NCBI GenBank assembly: GCA_963722805.1
Contig: CAVROQ010000023.1
Location: 8,512-72,511, forward strand
Length of the DNA: 64,000 bases
Origin: an uncultured Gammaproteobacteria bacterium
GTDB lineage: Bacteria > Pseudomonadota > Gammaproteobacteria > Pseudomonadales > JAHEGP01
Reading direction: 5' to 3'
The notes beneath the pieces are model-generated. The model did not search any database, was not told where the DNA came from, and was given only the letters and a program-made list of their open reading frames with translations. The position numbers and the translations under genes are program-made. Shown here piece after piece: positions 9,896 to 19,390 of this stretch; positions within the stretch are counted from its first letter, which is position 1, and every line of letters starts with the position of its first letter.

Positions 9896-10729
9896 ATGGC
9901 AAAAGATATCTTCGACATCATCCAGGACCTGCAAAATAAGGCAGAACCTTTCGCCATCGCAACCGTGGTCGAAACCCGGGGATCGGTGTCAGCAAAAACA
10001 TCATCAAAAGCGGTAATCGATTGCGAAGGACGGGTCGTGGCCGGCTGGGTTGGTGGCGGTTGCGCAGAGTCCAGCACCTGTGAGCAGGCGTTGGCCTGCA
10101 TCAGTGACAATGAAACCGCCATACTCGACATCGACCTGGATGACGAGATACTGGGGGCGGGTATGCCCTGCGGAGGCAGTATGCGCGTGTATGTCGAGCC
10201 GGTGTTGCCCAAACCGGGGCTCTGGATCATGGGACATGGCAGGGTTGCTGAAAGCCTGTGCATCATCGGCGATCTGGTAGGCCTGCGGGTCATCGTTAAT
10301 GATCCAGCCGTTGAATGGGAAAAATACCCACAGGCCAGCCGCCTGATTACAGACGACCTCGACTACTCGCTGTTGCAACCCAACCCCGATGACTACGTTG
10401 TCATCGCCACCCAGCACAAGGGAGACCACGAATCGATCAGTCGCGCTCTCGCTTCGCGGGCCAAATATATCGCTTTGATCGCGAGTCGCAAGCGGTCCCG
10501 CCTGGTGCTCGACTACCTTCAAGCGCAGGGCTTCTGTGATGCGGACATTCAGCGGGTCGTGACCCCTTCCGGGATCGACCTGGCGCCAAGGTCACCGGAG
10601 GAAATCGCCCTTTGTATTATCAGCGAAATTGTCATGTTACGCCGTGGCGGTAGCGGCAAGCTGATGCGTGACCGGCTGCTGGAGGAAGCAAATGCCGAGG
10701 CACAGCTGACTTCGATCAAGCGGCGCTGA
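9896..10729 (+). CDS. Second XdhC/CoxI-family protein
   Basis: 277 aa. FAIATVVETRGS..AGWVGGGCAE N-domain and an XdhC C-domain (VVIATQHKGDHE). Confidence 0.75.
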   Translation: MAKDIFDIIQDLQNKAEPFAIATVVETRGSVSAKTSSKAVIDCEGRVVAGWVGGGCAESSTCEQALACISDNETAILDIDLDDEILGAGMPCGGSMRVYVEPVLPKPGLWIMGHGRVAESLCIIGDLVGLRVIVNDPAVEWEKYPQASRLITDDLDYSLLQPNPDDYVVIATQHKGDHESISRALASRAKYIALIASRKRSRLVLDYLQAQGFCDADIQRVVTPSGIDLAPRSPEEIALCIISEIVMLRRGGSGKLMRDRLLEEANAEAQLTSIKRR

Positions 10730-10732
10730 GCA

Positions 10733-11994
10733 ATGTCAGAGACGGCGCAGCCCATCTTTGAGTCCGAACCCATCAACCCGGCGCTGGTGAGGCGCAATTT
10801 TCCGATATTTGAAGTTGCAGACCGGCACCAACCATTACGTTATCTCGACAACGCTGCAACAACGCATAAGCCTGACGCGGTTATCGATGCCATAACCCAG
10901 TGCTATGCCCGGTGCTACGGCCCGATTCATCGTGGGCTTTACCCCCTGGCAGAGCAGGCGACGAGCCACTACGAAAGCGCCCGCCGGACGCTGCAGCACT
11001 TCATCGGCGCGACCTCCCCCGACGAGCTGGTTTTTACCCGGTCTGCCACAGAGGCCATCAATATGGTCGCAAGCGGGTGGCTGCAACCGCGTTTGCAAAG
11101 TGGCGATGTGGTTTGGGTGAGCCGTATGGAGCATCATTCAAACTATTTGCCCTGGCAGCGCGTTTGCCAACAACAGGGAGCCGAACTCAGGATTATTGAA
11201 CTGGCGGGCGATGGCAAACTGGACCTGGAAGCTACACCCGAGCTGTTTTCCGAGCGCACCAAATTCATAGCCGTCACCCATGTATCCAATGTTCTTGGAA
11301 TCGAAAACCCCGTCGCAGCACTGTGCGCGATGGCGAACCAGCATGACATCCCGATTTTAGTGGATGCAGCCCAATCGGTGTCACACCTTGAAATCAAGGT
11401 TGCCGCCATGTGCTGCGATTTTCTCGCCTTTTCCGCGCACAAAATGTTCGGGCCGACAGGCATCGGCCTTCTCTATGGTAAAGCGGAGCGCCTGGCGGGA
11501 TGGCCCCGTTTCAGGTCGGAGGCGGTATGGTCGACACCGTCGGGATCGGCAACGCGCCAAGCCAGTGGACTGGAATTCCTGCCTGCTTCGAAGCAGGCTC
11601 ACCTGACATGCCCGGTGCCGTCGGCTTTGCGGCAGCGGCAGATTATCTTACCAGCCTCGGACTTTGGCGCGTGCAAAAGCATACCGCCTCACTGACACGT
11701 CTGGCCGCTGAGCGCTTACTCACAATAGAGGGCATCAGCCTGCTACCCCATGCAGAACTGCCAGCCTCCGGCATCGTCTCGTTTACTCATCGCGATCTGC
11801 ACCCCCATGATATTGCCCAGATCGCCGGTGAATCGGGTATTGCCATTCGTGCCGGACATCATTGTGCGCAACCATTGCTGAATCATTTGGGACTAGCCGC
11901 CACCGCCCGTGCTAGTTTTTCGATATATAACGACGAATCAGACGTTGAAGCCCTGATTGCAGCCATTGTCAGTGCTGAAAAGGTTTTTTTGTAG
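10733..11994 (+). pseudogene. sufS: Group II cysteine desulfurase (SufS/CsdA-like), reading frame broken near 11497-11500
   Basis: ORF 10733..11695 carries the PLP-Lys region FSAHKMFGPTGIGLLYGKAERLAG. ORF 11500..11994, in the -1 frame, continues MAPFQVGGGMV...RAGHHCAQP (catalytic Cys loop). Changing GGG to GGGG at 11497-11499 restores one 420-aa protein. Confidence 0.8.
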
Positions 11995-12435
11995 ATGACC
12001 GACCAGGCTTTGTACAAGGCAACCCTGCTGGAGCATTACCGCCACCCAAGGAATCGCTCTGAAGGGCCTATTCACAATGCCGACGCAGTGGAGCGCGGGG
12101 CCAACCCCCGGTGTGGCGATGAAGTCGAAATCGGTATCTTCCTGGGGCATGAAAAGATCGAGGCTATACAATTCCGCGGCCGTGGTTGCGCAATCTGTAT
12201 CGCCTCAGCGTCGATGATGACAGAGGCCATTCGCGGCTTGAGTTCAGACGCCGCCCGGCAACTGTACCAACAAATGCGAGACTGGTTTGGCGCCGTCGAG
12301 ACAACAGCAGATGTCACCCTGCCCCGGGATTTGCAGGCGCTGGCTGCAGTGCGCGATCATCCCGCCCGGCAGAAGTGCGTCATGCTGTCGTGGGAAGCAC
12401 TGGCCGAGGCACTCGACAAAGCTGGCGGAGGATAG
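11995..12435 (+). CDS. sufU: SufU/IscU-like Fe-S/sulfur-transfer scaffold
   Basis: 146 aa. LLEHYRHPRN, NPRCGDE, GRGCAICIASASMM and a final conserved Cys region (RQKCVML). The ATG immediately follows the sufS stop. Confidence 0.8.
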   Translation: MTDQALYKATLLEHYRHPRNRSEGPIHNADAVERGANPRCGDEVEIGIFLGHEKIEAIQFRGRGCAICIASASMMTEAIRGLSSDAARQLYQQMRDWFGAVETTADVTLPRDLQALAAVRDHPARQKCVMLSWEALAEALDKAGGG

Positions 12436-12714
12436 ACAGGCGCACCAGCCATCATTTTTCGGACCACAAACCAGACAACACAAGTTGCAGCAAACGCTGG
12501 CCTTACTCCCATTGCCAGCAGTGGATGACAGAGGGCATTGACAGTCGTCCCGTGTTGATCCCTGCAATCGTAATCGTTCCCGTTACGGTTGGCGCTGCAT
12601 AGGCAAGCCAGCCCTGCCCCGCCTCAATAGTGTTCCTTTTGGACGATGTTTAGTCTTTGGCGGAATACCCACCCATTTGAATATGACACGGCTACTGCTA
12701 TCCCGGAAGGGCAG

Positions 12715-12746
12715 CTGCAACTGACAGCAATTGCTGTCAGTTGCAG
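12715..12746. repeat. Perfect 32-bp palindrome CTGCAACTGACAGCAATTGCTGTCAGTTGCAG
   Basis: Read directly: the 16-nt arms are exact reverse complements with no spacer. It lies in the ~600 bp noncoding gap between sufU and the cytochrome c gene. A T6 run lies about 14 nt downstream. Confidence 0.9.
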
Positions 12747-12969
12747 GGCAAAGCCAGTTGTTTTTTCGATAGTGCCGGCTGGCGATTTAACAAGGCTGGG
12801 CTGCCCTTGTCCACAGGCTTGTAACATTGAAGAGCCCCGTCGACACACCATGCTATGCAGCGAAAATCCCGCATCCTTCACTCTCAAGCTGCGGCAGCAA
12901 CGGCATTATCTCAAGCTAACGGTATTGAACAACCGGCACTGGCGTACCACAAATAGCGCCCGAAGCTGC

Positions 12970-13005
12970 TTGACTTGCATATTATTTGGGATTAATTTCC
13001 CAAAT
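12970..13005 (+). promoter_or_regulatory. Candidate sigma70 promoter (TTGACT-N17-TAATTT) overlapped by the inverted repeat ATTTGGGA-N6-TCCCAAAT
   Basis: TTGACT at 12970-12975, a -10-like TAATTT at 12993-12998, and an 8-bp perfect inverted repeat spanning 12984-13005. It lies about 50 nt upstream of the fccA-like start. Confidence 0.3.
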
Positions 13006-13053
13006 CAAGGCTTGACGAAGCCCTTCCGATCAACCAACAAGATGGTGATTTTT

Positions 13054-13410
13054 ATGAGCTTATTTAATCGCTGCATCTTCAAAGCTCCCTTGGTGTTGGC
13101 CTTTCTGGTAAACACTGCTTCCCCGTCAGCTTATGCGGACGACCCCACTGTCAATCGCCTGTTGGCATCCCAGTGCGCGCAATGCCACGGAACTAATGGA
13201 GACGGCGGCTTCGAAGAACTCACAGGAGAAGAGGCGAACGAGCTGTCCGAGGAAATGGCCGAGATGAAGGATGGAACGCCGGATGACATTATGGAACACC
13301 AGGCCATGGGTTATAGCGACGAGCAGATCAGGCGTATAGCCGATTACTACGCGAACCTGGCTGGGAGTCAGTCTGGCGAGAGAAAACGACGAGAGCGGGA
13401 CGACGACTAG
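13054..13410 (+). CDS. fccA: Monoheme c-type cytochrome, probable flavocytochrome c small subunit (FccA/SoxE-like)
   Basis: C-terminal part of ORF 12646..13410. Start at ATG 13054 (or 13042). Signal peptide MSLFNRCIFKAPLVLAFLVNTASPSAYA, a single CAQCH heme motif, and a distal Met in HQAMGY. Confidence 0.7.
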   Translation: MSLFNRCIFKAPLVLAFLVNTASPSAYADDPTVNRLLASQCAQCHGTNGDGGFEELTGEEANELSEEMAEMKDGTPDDIMEHQAMGYSDEQIRRIADYYANLAGSQSGERKRRERDDD

Positions 13411-13482
13411 AATGGCCTGCACCGCCGGATCTGAGACCCAGCGGAAAATCGTAAATCCGCTCCAAACAAGAGGAACATAGCC

Positions 13483-14784
13483 ATGGCTTTTACACGACGT
13501 AATATTTTGCAAATGGTTCCAGCATTCGCGGCATTGGGATTTATGCCCGGCAGTTTCGCAGCAGTGCCGCACCGGGTGGTGGTAGTGGGTGGTGGCTTTG
13601 CCGGCGCCACCATCGCCAAGTACCTGAAACTATGGGCGCGGGATAATATACAGGTGACTTTGGTCGAGCCAAATCCCGAGCATATTTCCTGCATTATGAG
13701 TAATCTGGTGTTAAACCGCCGCTTAACCACAGGTGACCTGGCCTTTAATTACTCCGCGCTGCAGCGTAACTACGGCGTCAAGGTGTTACAGGACCGTGCC
13801 GAATTTATCGACGGCCCCAACAAGATACTGTGGCTGGCAGGTTCTGGAGCGGCCAGCTACGATAGCCTGGTGGTGGCTACGGGCATACAATTTGACGCGA
13901 TCGATGGCCTCGATCCCATGCTTGTTCCTCACGCCTGGATCGCCGGAGCGCAAACCAATCTGCTGCGCGACCAGATCGAGGCGATGCCGGATGACGGCAC
14001 CTTTGTTATGACCGTTCCTCCAACGCCCTACCGCTGTCCTCCGGGGCCCTATGAAAGGGCCTGCCTGGTCGCGGACATCCTCGGACGCCGCAGTGGTGTG
14101 CTGGGTCGGCAGGGAAGCGCCGGAAGAAGCACGCCGCGAGTGGTGGTGCTGGATGCCAATCCAGGGATTCAGGCGGAGAAGGAAACCTTCACCCGTGCGT
14201 TTAATACCCTGTATGGCGAGATCGTGGAATATATTCCCGATGCCCAGGTCATTGCAGTGGATTCGGCCAACCGCGAAGTAGAAACAACCCGTGGCGCCTA
14301 TCTCGGTGACGTACTCAACGTCATACCCCGGCACAGCGCTCCCGGGCTGCTGCTGGATAGTGGCCTTACCGGTGGCCCCGATGTGCGTTGGGCACCGGTG
14401 GAAGCGGAGACCTATGCCTCTTCATTGGCGAATTTTCCAGGCGTTTATGTGGTGGGCGATGCCCAGGGGACCAGCCAGCCCAAATCCGGCCATATGGCCA
14501 ACTCCCAGGCCAAGGTCTGTGCCGACGCCATTATCCGCACTGCCTCAGGGCTGTCTCCGTATACCGATGAGCGCCTGACTACCCTGACAACTAATTCAGC
14601 TTGTTTCAGCCCGATCACGAGGAGTAAGGCTTCCTGGCTTACGGCGGTTTACCGCTACGATCCTGCAAGTAGAAGCATGAAACTGGTGCCGGGATCACTG
14701 GGCGAGGCGCACAGGTGGGACTCGGAAAATTTCGAAGACATGTTTACCTGGTCAGATAGTTTGTTCGCCGACACTTTTGGCTAG
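13483..14784 (+). CDS. fccB: Flavocytochrome c sulfide dehydrogenase flavoprotein subunit (FccB/SoxF-like)
   Basis: 433 aa. Tat signal MAFTRRNILQ...SFA and the FAD fold VVVVGGGFAGAT. Overall FCSD-like length, with the paired cytochrome gene upstream. Confidence 0.85.
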   Translation: MAFTRRNILQMVPAFAALGFMPGSFAAVPHRVVVVGGGFAGATIAKYLKLWARDNIQVTLVEPNPEHISCIMSNLVLNRRLTTGDLAFNYSALQRNYGVKVLQDRAEFIDGPNKILWLAGSGAASYDSLVVATGIQFDAIDGLDPMLVPHAWIAGAQTNLLRDQIEAMPDDGTFVMTVPPTPYRCPPGPYERACLVADILGRRSGVLGRQGSAGRSTPRVVVLDANPGIQAEKETFTRAFNTLYGEIVEYIPDAQVIAVDSANREVETTRGAYLGDVLNVIPRHSAPGLLLDSGLTGGPDVRWAPVEAETYASSLANFPGVYVVGDAQGTSQPKSGHMANSQAKVCADAIIRTASGLSPYTDERLTTLTTNSACFSPITRSKASWLTAVYRYDPASRSMKLVPGSLGEAHRWDSENFEDMFTWSDSLFADTFG

Positions 14785-14953
14785 GGCATCAAGACCATCA
14801 CAGCTGGTCAACAGCTTTTGAGCCCACCCTGACGTGGCCCTTCCCTGTCGAAGTGGCTACGTTATGCCGTCAGTCGTGCTCGCCGGACGCTGGTTCCCTG
14901 GCCAGGCACGCCAGCTTGGCGCTCGCCTTTCGAACCAGATTTCCCGTTTGCTA

Positions 14954-15835
14954 TTAAGGTCCAGTTGATCCTACCGGTCCCCGGAGGTGCCGGACCGGCA
15001 GGGGCCGTCTAGCATCGCTGCCCGCGGGCCACAACCACCAGAGTAACAACCCACACAGCAGTGTTAACAGATTAGCCATGGCAAGTACGTTATTGTCACC
15101 CGTCACTCGCGGCAGGACTGGAACCGCGCTGTAGGCAAACTGCATCGACACATTAAATACCACCAGTAGCAAGGCGCTGCCGGTTTTATGGTATATCCAG
15201 ACATATATGGGTGTGATAGCGAACCAGCCCAGCACCAGGCTCGCCGCACTTATACCCGGAGCAATAAAGAAACCGGTATATATAAAAGGAACATACGCCA
15301 TACCCCAGCACACACCCATAAACAGTGCTGCCTTCAAAGGAGAAAAGCCTGCGTGTAATAGCCTCGGATAGACAAAGCCGATCCAGAACAGCTCATCAGA
15401 AACCGCCACTTTGACAAACATCGGCGCGTCTTCCAAGGCGCTATCCCAGGATGGCAACTGCAGGCTGTACAGCCGTAATGGTTGACCGAACAGCCAATCA
15501 TTCAGGTAAAGGGCCGCGAACAGCACCGGCACCATGATTCCAATTGCCAGCAGCCACCAGCCCGGGTGCAGCAGTACGCGGCCATAGGGCTGAATGATGC
15601 GCCGCAAACCCTGGCGACCATCAAAGTACCAGCAAGCCAGCAAGGCTAGCGACCCATTTATCAGGTAGGTGCTGTTTTTAGCAGCGCCATTAAGCGACCT
15701 GCCGGCAATGTCCGGAAATAGTTGAAAAAAGGACAGTCCGTTCAGAAAGCACTGTAACAATGCGGCAATAGCAACAATAAGAAAAACCTGCCCGAGGGGA
15801 TCAAGTTGCCGGCAAGATCTAAAGGTGTCACTCAA
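14954..15835 (-). CDS. Polytopic membrane protein, possibly a CPBP-family (CAAX/Abi) intramembrane protease
   Basis: 293 aa, with eight or more hydrophobic segments. Weak CPBP-like motifs (SDELFWIGFVYPRL; YHKTGSALLLVVFNV). The family assignment is tentative. Confidence 0.4.
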   Translation of the reverse strand: MSDTFRSCRQLDPLGQVFLIVAIAALLQCFLNGLSFFQLFPDIAGRSLNGAAKNSTYLINGSLALLACWYFDGRQGLRRIIQPYGRVLLHPGWWLLAIGIMVPVLFAALYLNDWLFGQPLRLYSLQLPSWDSALEDAPMFVKVAVSDELFWIGFVYPRLLHAGFSPLKAALFMGVCWGMAYVPFIYTGFFIAPGISAASLVLGWFAITPIYVWIYHKTGSALLLVVFNVSMQFAYSAVPVLPRVTGDNNVLAMANLLTLLCGLLLWWLWPAGSDARRPLPVRHLRGPVGSTGP

Positions 15836-16072
15836 GTTGTTACTCGATTGCGCTGGCGCATGGCGCTACAAAAATCAAAGTCGGATTGTCGGAGTTCTCC
15901 GGAACAATAGCAATGCTTTACTGTTGCGCAGTTGTGACAACGGTGGCTCCATAAAGTTGCCGGGATGCCTGGATACAACACCACGCCACAGGCGATCCCT
16001 GAAAGGCTGCCATTGAATCAGGCACGCGCCGGGCCTGGACTGCAGCAGGCCCACACTGGCGTCATTTCTGGA

Positions 16073-17395
16073 TCAATCGAAGCCTTTCCGCATCCAGGCC
16101 TGTTCGGACTCACCCATCCGATTGAAAGATCGCCCGAGGTATATGCCGGTGATTGCCCAGATACCGGCAATTGCGGCGCCCACTGCGGCTGCCGCTGCCA
16201 GGCCAAGCCCCAGGCCCTGGGTGAGGGCGGTGAACGCCCAGGCATTGAGCATATCGCCCCCCCGGTAGATCACAATGTCGATTACGGGCTTTGCCTTGAA
16301 CCGGGTTTCCCTGCTTACCGCGGTGAACAGCATCTCCCGTGCAGGCCTCGACACGGCATAATTGCCCACCCGCCGCACGACCTGCACGGCGATGACCACG
16401 GACACCATGGGGGTAGTCGCCAGCAGTAACAGCCCCCCGGCAATAATTACCGGGATCGAGGCCAGGGTAAAGGGCAGGCCCAGGCGGGATGCGATGCGGC
16501 CGGTAGCAAAAACCGCGACCAGAATCGTCAAAATGTTAACCACCAGGTCCATGCCGGCCCAGATCCGGGTGCGGGTTTCGAGATCGTAGTCCACCAGCAG
16601 GTTCTTGAGTTCGAAATAGACGAATGAGCCGATGGCGGTGTAGAGGAAGATGAACAGGCCGATGCCGAGCAGGAAGGGACTGCTGAAAAATTCCTTAAAC
16701 CCAGCGAGGGGATTGCCGCCGATAAACTCAATGTCGCCGCTACCCGGGCCGCCGGGCTGGTTGTGTAAGTCTGAAAGTTTCATACACTGCAAGCGCCGAA
16801 TCAGGGGCACGCTGAGCACCACCAGCGCACTGGCGACCAGCATTAGTGAATCGGTACCGATATCATCGACCAGCAGGGTGGCCACCGCCGGCCCCAAAAT
16901 TCCGCCAACACTGGCCCCCGCACCGATAAAGCCGAATAGCCGGGTGGCCTGGGGCCTGGAAAAGGTGTCTGCCATAAAAGCCCAGAACACCGAGATATGG
17001 AACAGGCTGAAAACACTGATCCAGACGTAAAACGCCTTATCGAGCAATGTCTGGTCTTGCAAGGTTTGGCCGGCCAGGTAGAACAGCACGAAACTGGCCG
17101 CGAAAAAACCGTAAACCGCGGGTACCAGTTGTCGCAAACGAAACCTGGCCACGGCGGCGCCATACAAGGACACGGCAGCAACACTGAACAGGAAGGTAAA
17201 GGTCCACAGCCAACTGACTTCGGCGTCTGTCCAGTTGCTGGCCATGGCGTCGCGCAACGGACGCAGGATGTAATACGCCGCCATCAACACTAACACCAAC
17301 AGGAAAGAGGCTAGCGTCGCACGCACTTCGTGGGGCTGGATGTCGCAGGCCAAAGCCAGCAATCGTTGCAGCCGTGACGGATGCGACGCGGTCAT
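16073..17395 (-). CDS. MFS-fold transporter of the TLC/Npt (ATP/ADP-translocase-like) type
   Basis: 440 aa, about 12 TM segments. The N-terminal signature FLLVLVLMAAYYILRPLRDAM is typical of this family. Confidence 0.6.
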   Translation of the reverse strand: MTASHPSRLQRLLALACDIQPHEVRATLASFLLVLVLMAAYYILRPLRDAMASNWTDAEVSWLWTFTFLFSVAAVSLYGAAVARFRLRQLVPAVYGFFAASFVLFYLAGQTLQDQTLLDKAFYVWISVFSLFHISVFWAFMADTFSRPQATRLFGFIGAGASVGGILGPAVATLLVDDIGTDSLMLVASALVVLSVPLIRRLQCMKLSDLHNQPGGPGSGDIEFIGGNPLAGFKEFFSSPFLLGIGLFIFLYTAIGSFVYFELKNLLVDYDLETRTRIWAGMDLVVNILTILVAVFATGRIASRLGLPFTLASIPVIIAGGLLLLATTPMVSVVIAVQVVRRVGNYAVSRPAREMLFTAVSRETRFKAKPVIDIVIYRGGDMLNAWAFTALTQGLGLGLAAAAAVGAAIAGIWAITGIYLGRSFNRMGESEQAWMRKGFD

Positions 17396-17404
17396 GTCAT
17401 CTGT

Positions 17405-18335
17405 CTACAGAGACTGGTAGAAGCGCAGCATTTCATCCCGCTGGGCCGCATCGGGCACCGTGCCAAAGTTGGCTCCCATGTTGTCCTGCATGTGCTTCAC
17501 TTTCGAGGAGGCAGGAATGATGCAGGTGACGGCGGGATGAGCAAGAATAAACTTGAGGTAGAATTGTCCCCAACTGGCACAGCCCAGGTCGCGGGCGAAA
17601 GCGGGTAACTCTGTGTTGCGCGTTTTTGCGAACAGGCTGCCGCGCTGATAGGGACGATTGATCATGGTCGCGATGCCGCGGTCACTGGGCCAGGGGCAAC
17701 AGTTTCTTCTCTGCTACCCGGTCTTCGATATTGTAGGAAAACTGAACGAAGTCCAGCGGCTCCTCGCGCATCACTTGCAAAAATTGATCGTGGTCACGAC
17801 CGTGCGAGGTGGTGATGCCGATATAGCGAACCTTGCCCTCGGCCTTCCATTGTTTCAGAGTCGCCAGCTGGGTGCGCCAATCCAGCAGATTGTGAACGGC
17901 AATCAAATCGAATCGCTCCACCGCCATGCGCCGGGCGGATTCCTCCATTTGGGCGATACCCTCCTCACGGCCTGTAGTCCAGACTTTGGTGGCGGCAAAC
18001 AGCGGTGGTCTATTGGGCATGGCCCGCAGCAGGTCGCCCACCCGAGACTCCGCATTGCCGTACATCGGCGATGAATCGATAACCGTACCACCGCCGGCCA
18101 GAAAAGCCTGCATCACCTCTTCCAGGGAAGCCAATGATGCTGCATCAGCGGCGGCATCAAAGGTACGCGAGGTGCCCATGCCTATCACCGGCAGCAATTC
18201 ACCGGAGCTGGGAATGGGGCGCTGGATTACAGCCGAACTCTCGGCGCCAGCTGCCATGGCTTCGCCACCACGCCACAAAGCCTGGCCGACGAACAGCCCC
18301 GCACCCAACTGTAACACCTGCCTTCGCTTGATCAT
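17405..18335 (-). pseudogene. Tat-exported aldo/keto reductase, frame broken near 17687-17689
   Basis: Start ATG at 18335 after GGAGG. Tat signal MIKRRQVLQLGAG. The AKR core ends ...LLPLAQ* at 17682, and ORF 17405..17665 in another frame continues (D)RGIATMINRPYQRGSLF. Removing one C from the CCC run (GGG on the + strand at 17687-17689) gives LLPLASDRGIATMINRPY. Confidence 0.75.
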
Positions 18336-18543
18336 GATCAACCTCCAGGAATACGCTATTCGCCCTGCCATTGCAGATCGCAATGATCAGATAAATCGAG
18401 GCACCCAAGATAAAGTACATCAAACCGGAAGTCGATATTCGCCGCTAATAACCGTGCTAGACGACAATGGGCCAAGCAAAGAGATGCTAGCTCGGTGGAA
18501 GCTGGACATGACGGGTCAATGCTGAACTTATTAACCAAGGCGA

Positions 18544-19347
18544 TTAGCCGTAGCGCCCCTCGATATAATTCGCGGTTTCCTGATGCGTGGGTGTGACAAA
18601 AATCTTATCTGTGGCGCCATGTTCAATGACCTTGCCCATCAGCATGAAAATGCATTCTTCACTTGCCCGGCGCGCCTGGGACATATTGTGGGTTACGATC
18701 AGTATGGTGTACTCACCGCGCAGGTCCCATATCAATTCCTCAACCGCCTCGGTTCCTTTTGGATCCAGTGCTGAGCAGGGTTCGTCCATCAACAACACCG
18801 CCGGTTGTACGGGTATCAGGCGGGCAATACACAGCTTTTGTTGCTCCTCCAGGGACAGCTCGGTTGCCTTGCGCTTAAGGTTGTCCTTCACCTTATCCCA
18901 GAGCAGTACCTTGCGCAGCGCGGACTCGACAATCTCGTCCTTGTCGCCCTGGCTACTGCCCAGGTCGCGGCTGTGAATATTGTAGCCAAACAAAACGTTA
19001 TCACGAATCGAGATCGGCAGTGGATTGGGTCGCTGGAATACCATGCCAATCTGTTTGCGAACCTGCAGCAACTCGACTGCGTCACCGTAGATATCCTCCC
19101 CGAGAACGTCGACTGCGCCTTCAATGCGCACGTAGTCGAGTCGCTCGTTGATGCGGTTTACGCTGCGTAAAAACGTACTCTTGCCGCAGCCGGAGGGGCC
19201 GATAAGCGATGTAATGATGCCACTTTTGATTTGCAGGTTAACATCGAACAGCGCCTGAAAAGTGCCGTACCACAGGCTTAGATTCCTGGATTCGATTGCC
19301 AGGGCAGCGTCATCTTGTAACTTTTGTGTTGCAGCAGCTGAACTCAT
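18544..19347 (-). CDS. pstB: Phosphate ABC transporter ATPase PstB (consensus catalytic motifs, degenerate signature motif)
   Basis: 267 aa. GPSGCGKST, Q-loop GMVFQRPNP, LLMDEPCSALD, VTHN and the C-terminal YIEGRYG are all present. The ABC signature reads LSLEEQQK instead of LSGGQQQR. Confidence 0.85.
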   Translation of the reverse strand: MSSAAATQKLQDDAALAIESRNLSLWYGTFQALFDVNLQIKSGIITSLIGPSGCGKSTFLRSVNRINERLDYVRIEGAVDVLGEDIYGDAVELLQVRKQIGMVFQRPNPLPISIRDNVLFGYNIHSRDLGSSQGDKDEIVESALRKVLLWDKVKDNLKRKATELSLEEQQKLCIARLIPVQPAVLLMDEPCSALDPKGTEAVEELIWDLRGEYTILIVTHNMSQARRASEECIFMLMGKVIEHGATDKIFVTPTHQETANYIEGRYG

Positions 19348-19390
19348 TATTCTTACTCTTCCTGTACTGTGGTGTCATGGCGGGCGGGTT

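Noticed and set aside
12646-13053. N-terminal 136 codons of ORF 12646..13410
   Set aside because: The extension crosses the 32-bp palindrome and promoter-like sequence and has no coding character. The signal peptide and RBS context favour a start at 13054 or 13042.
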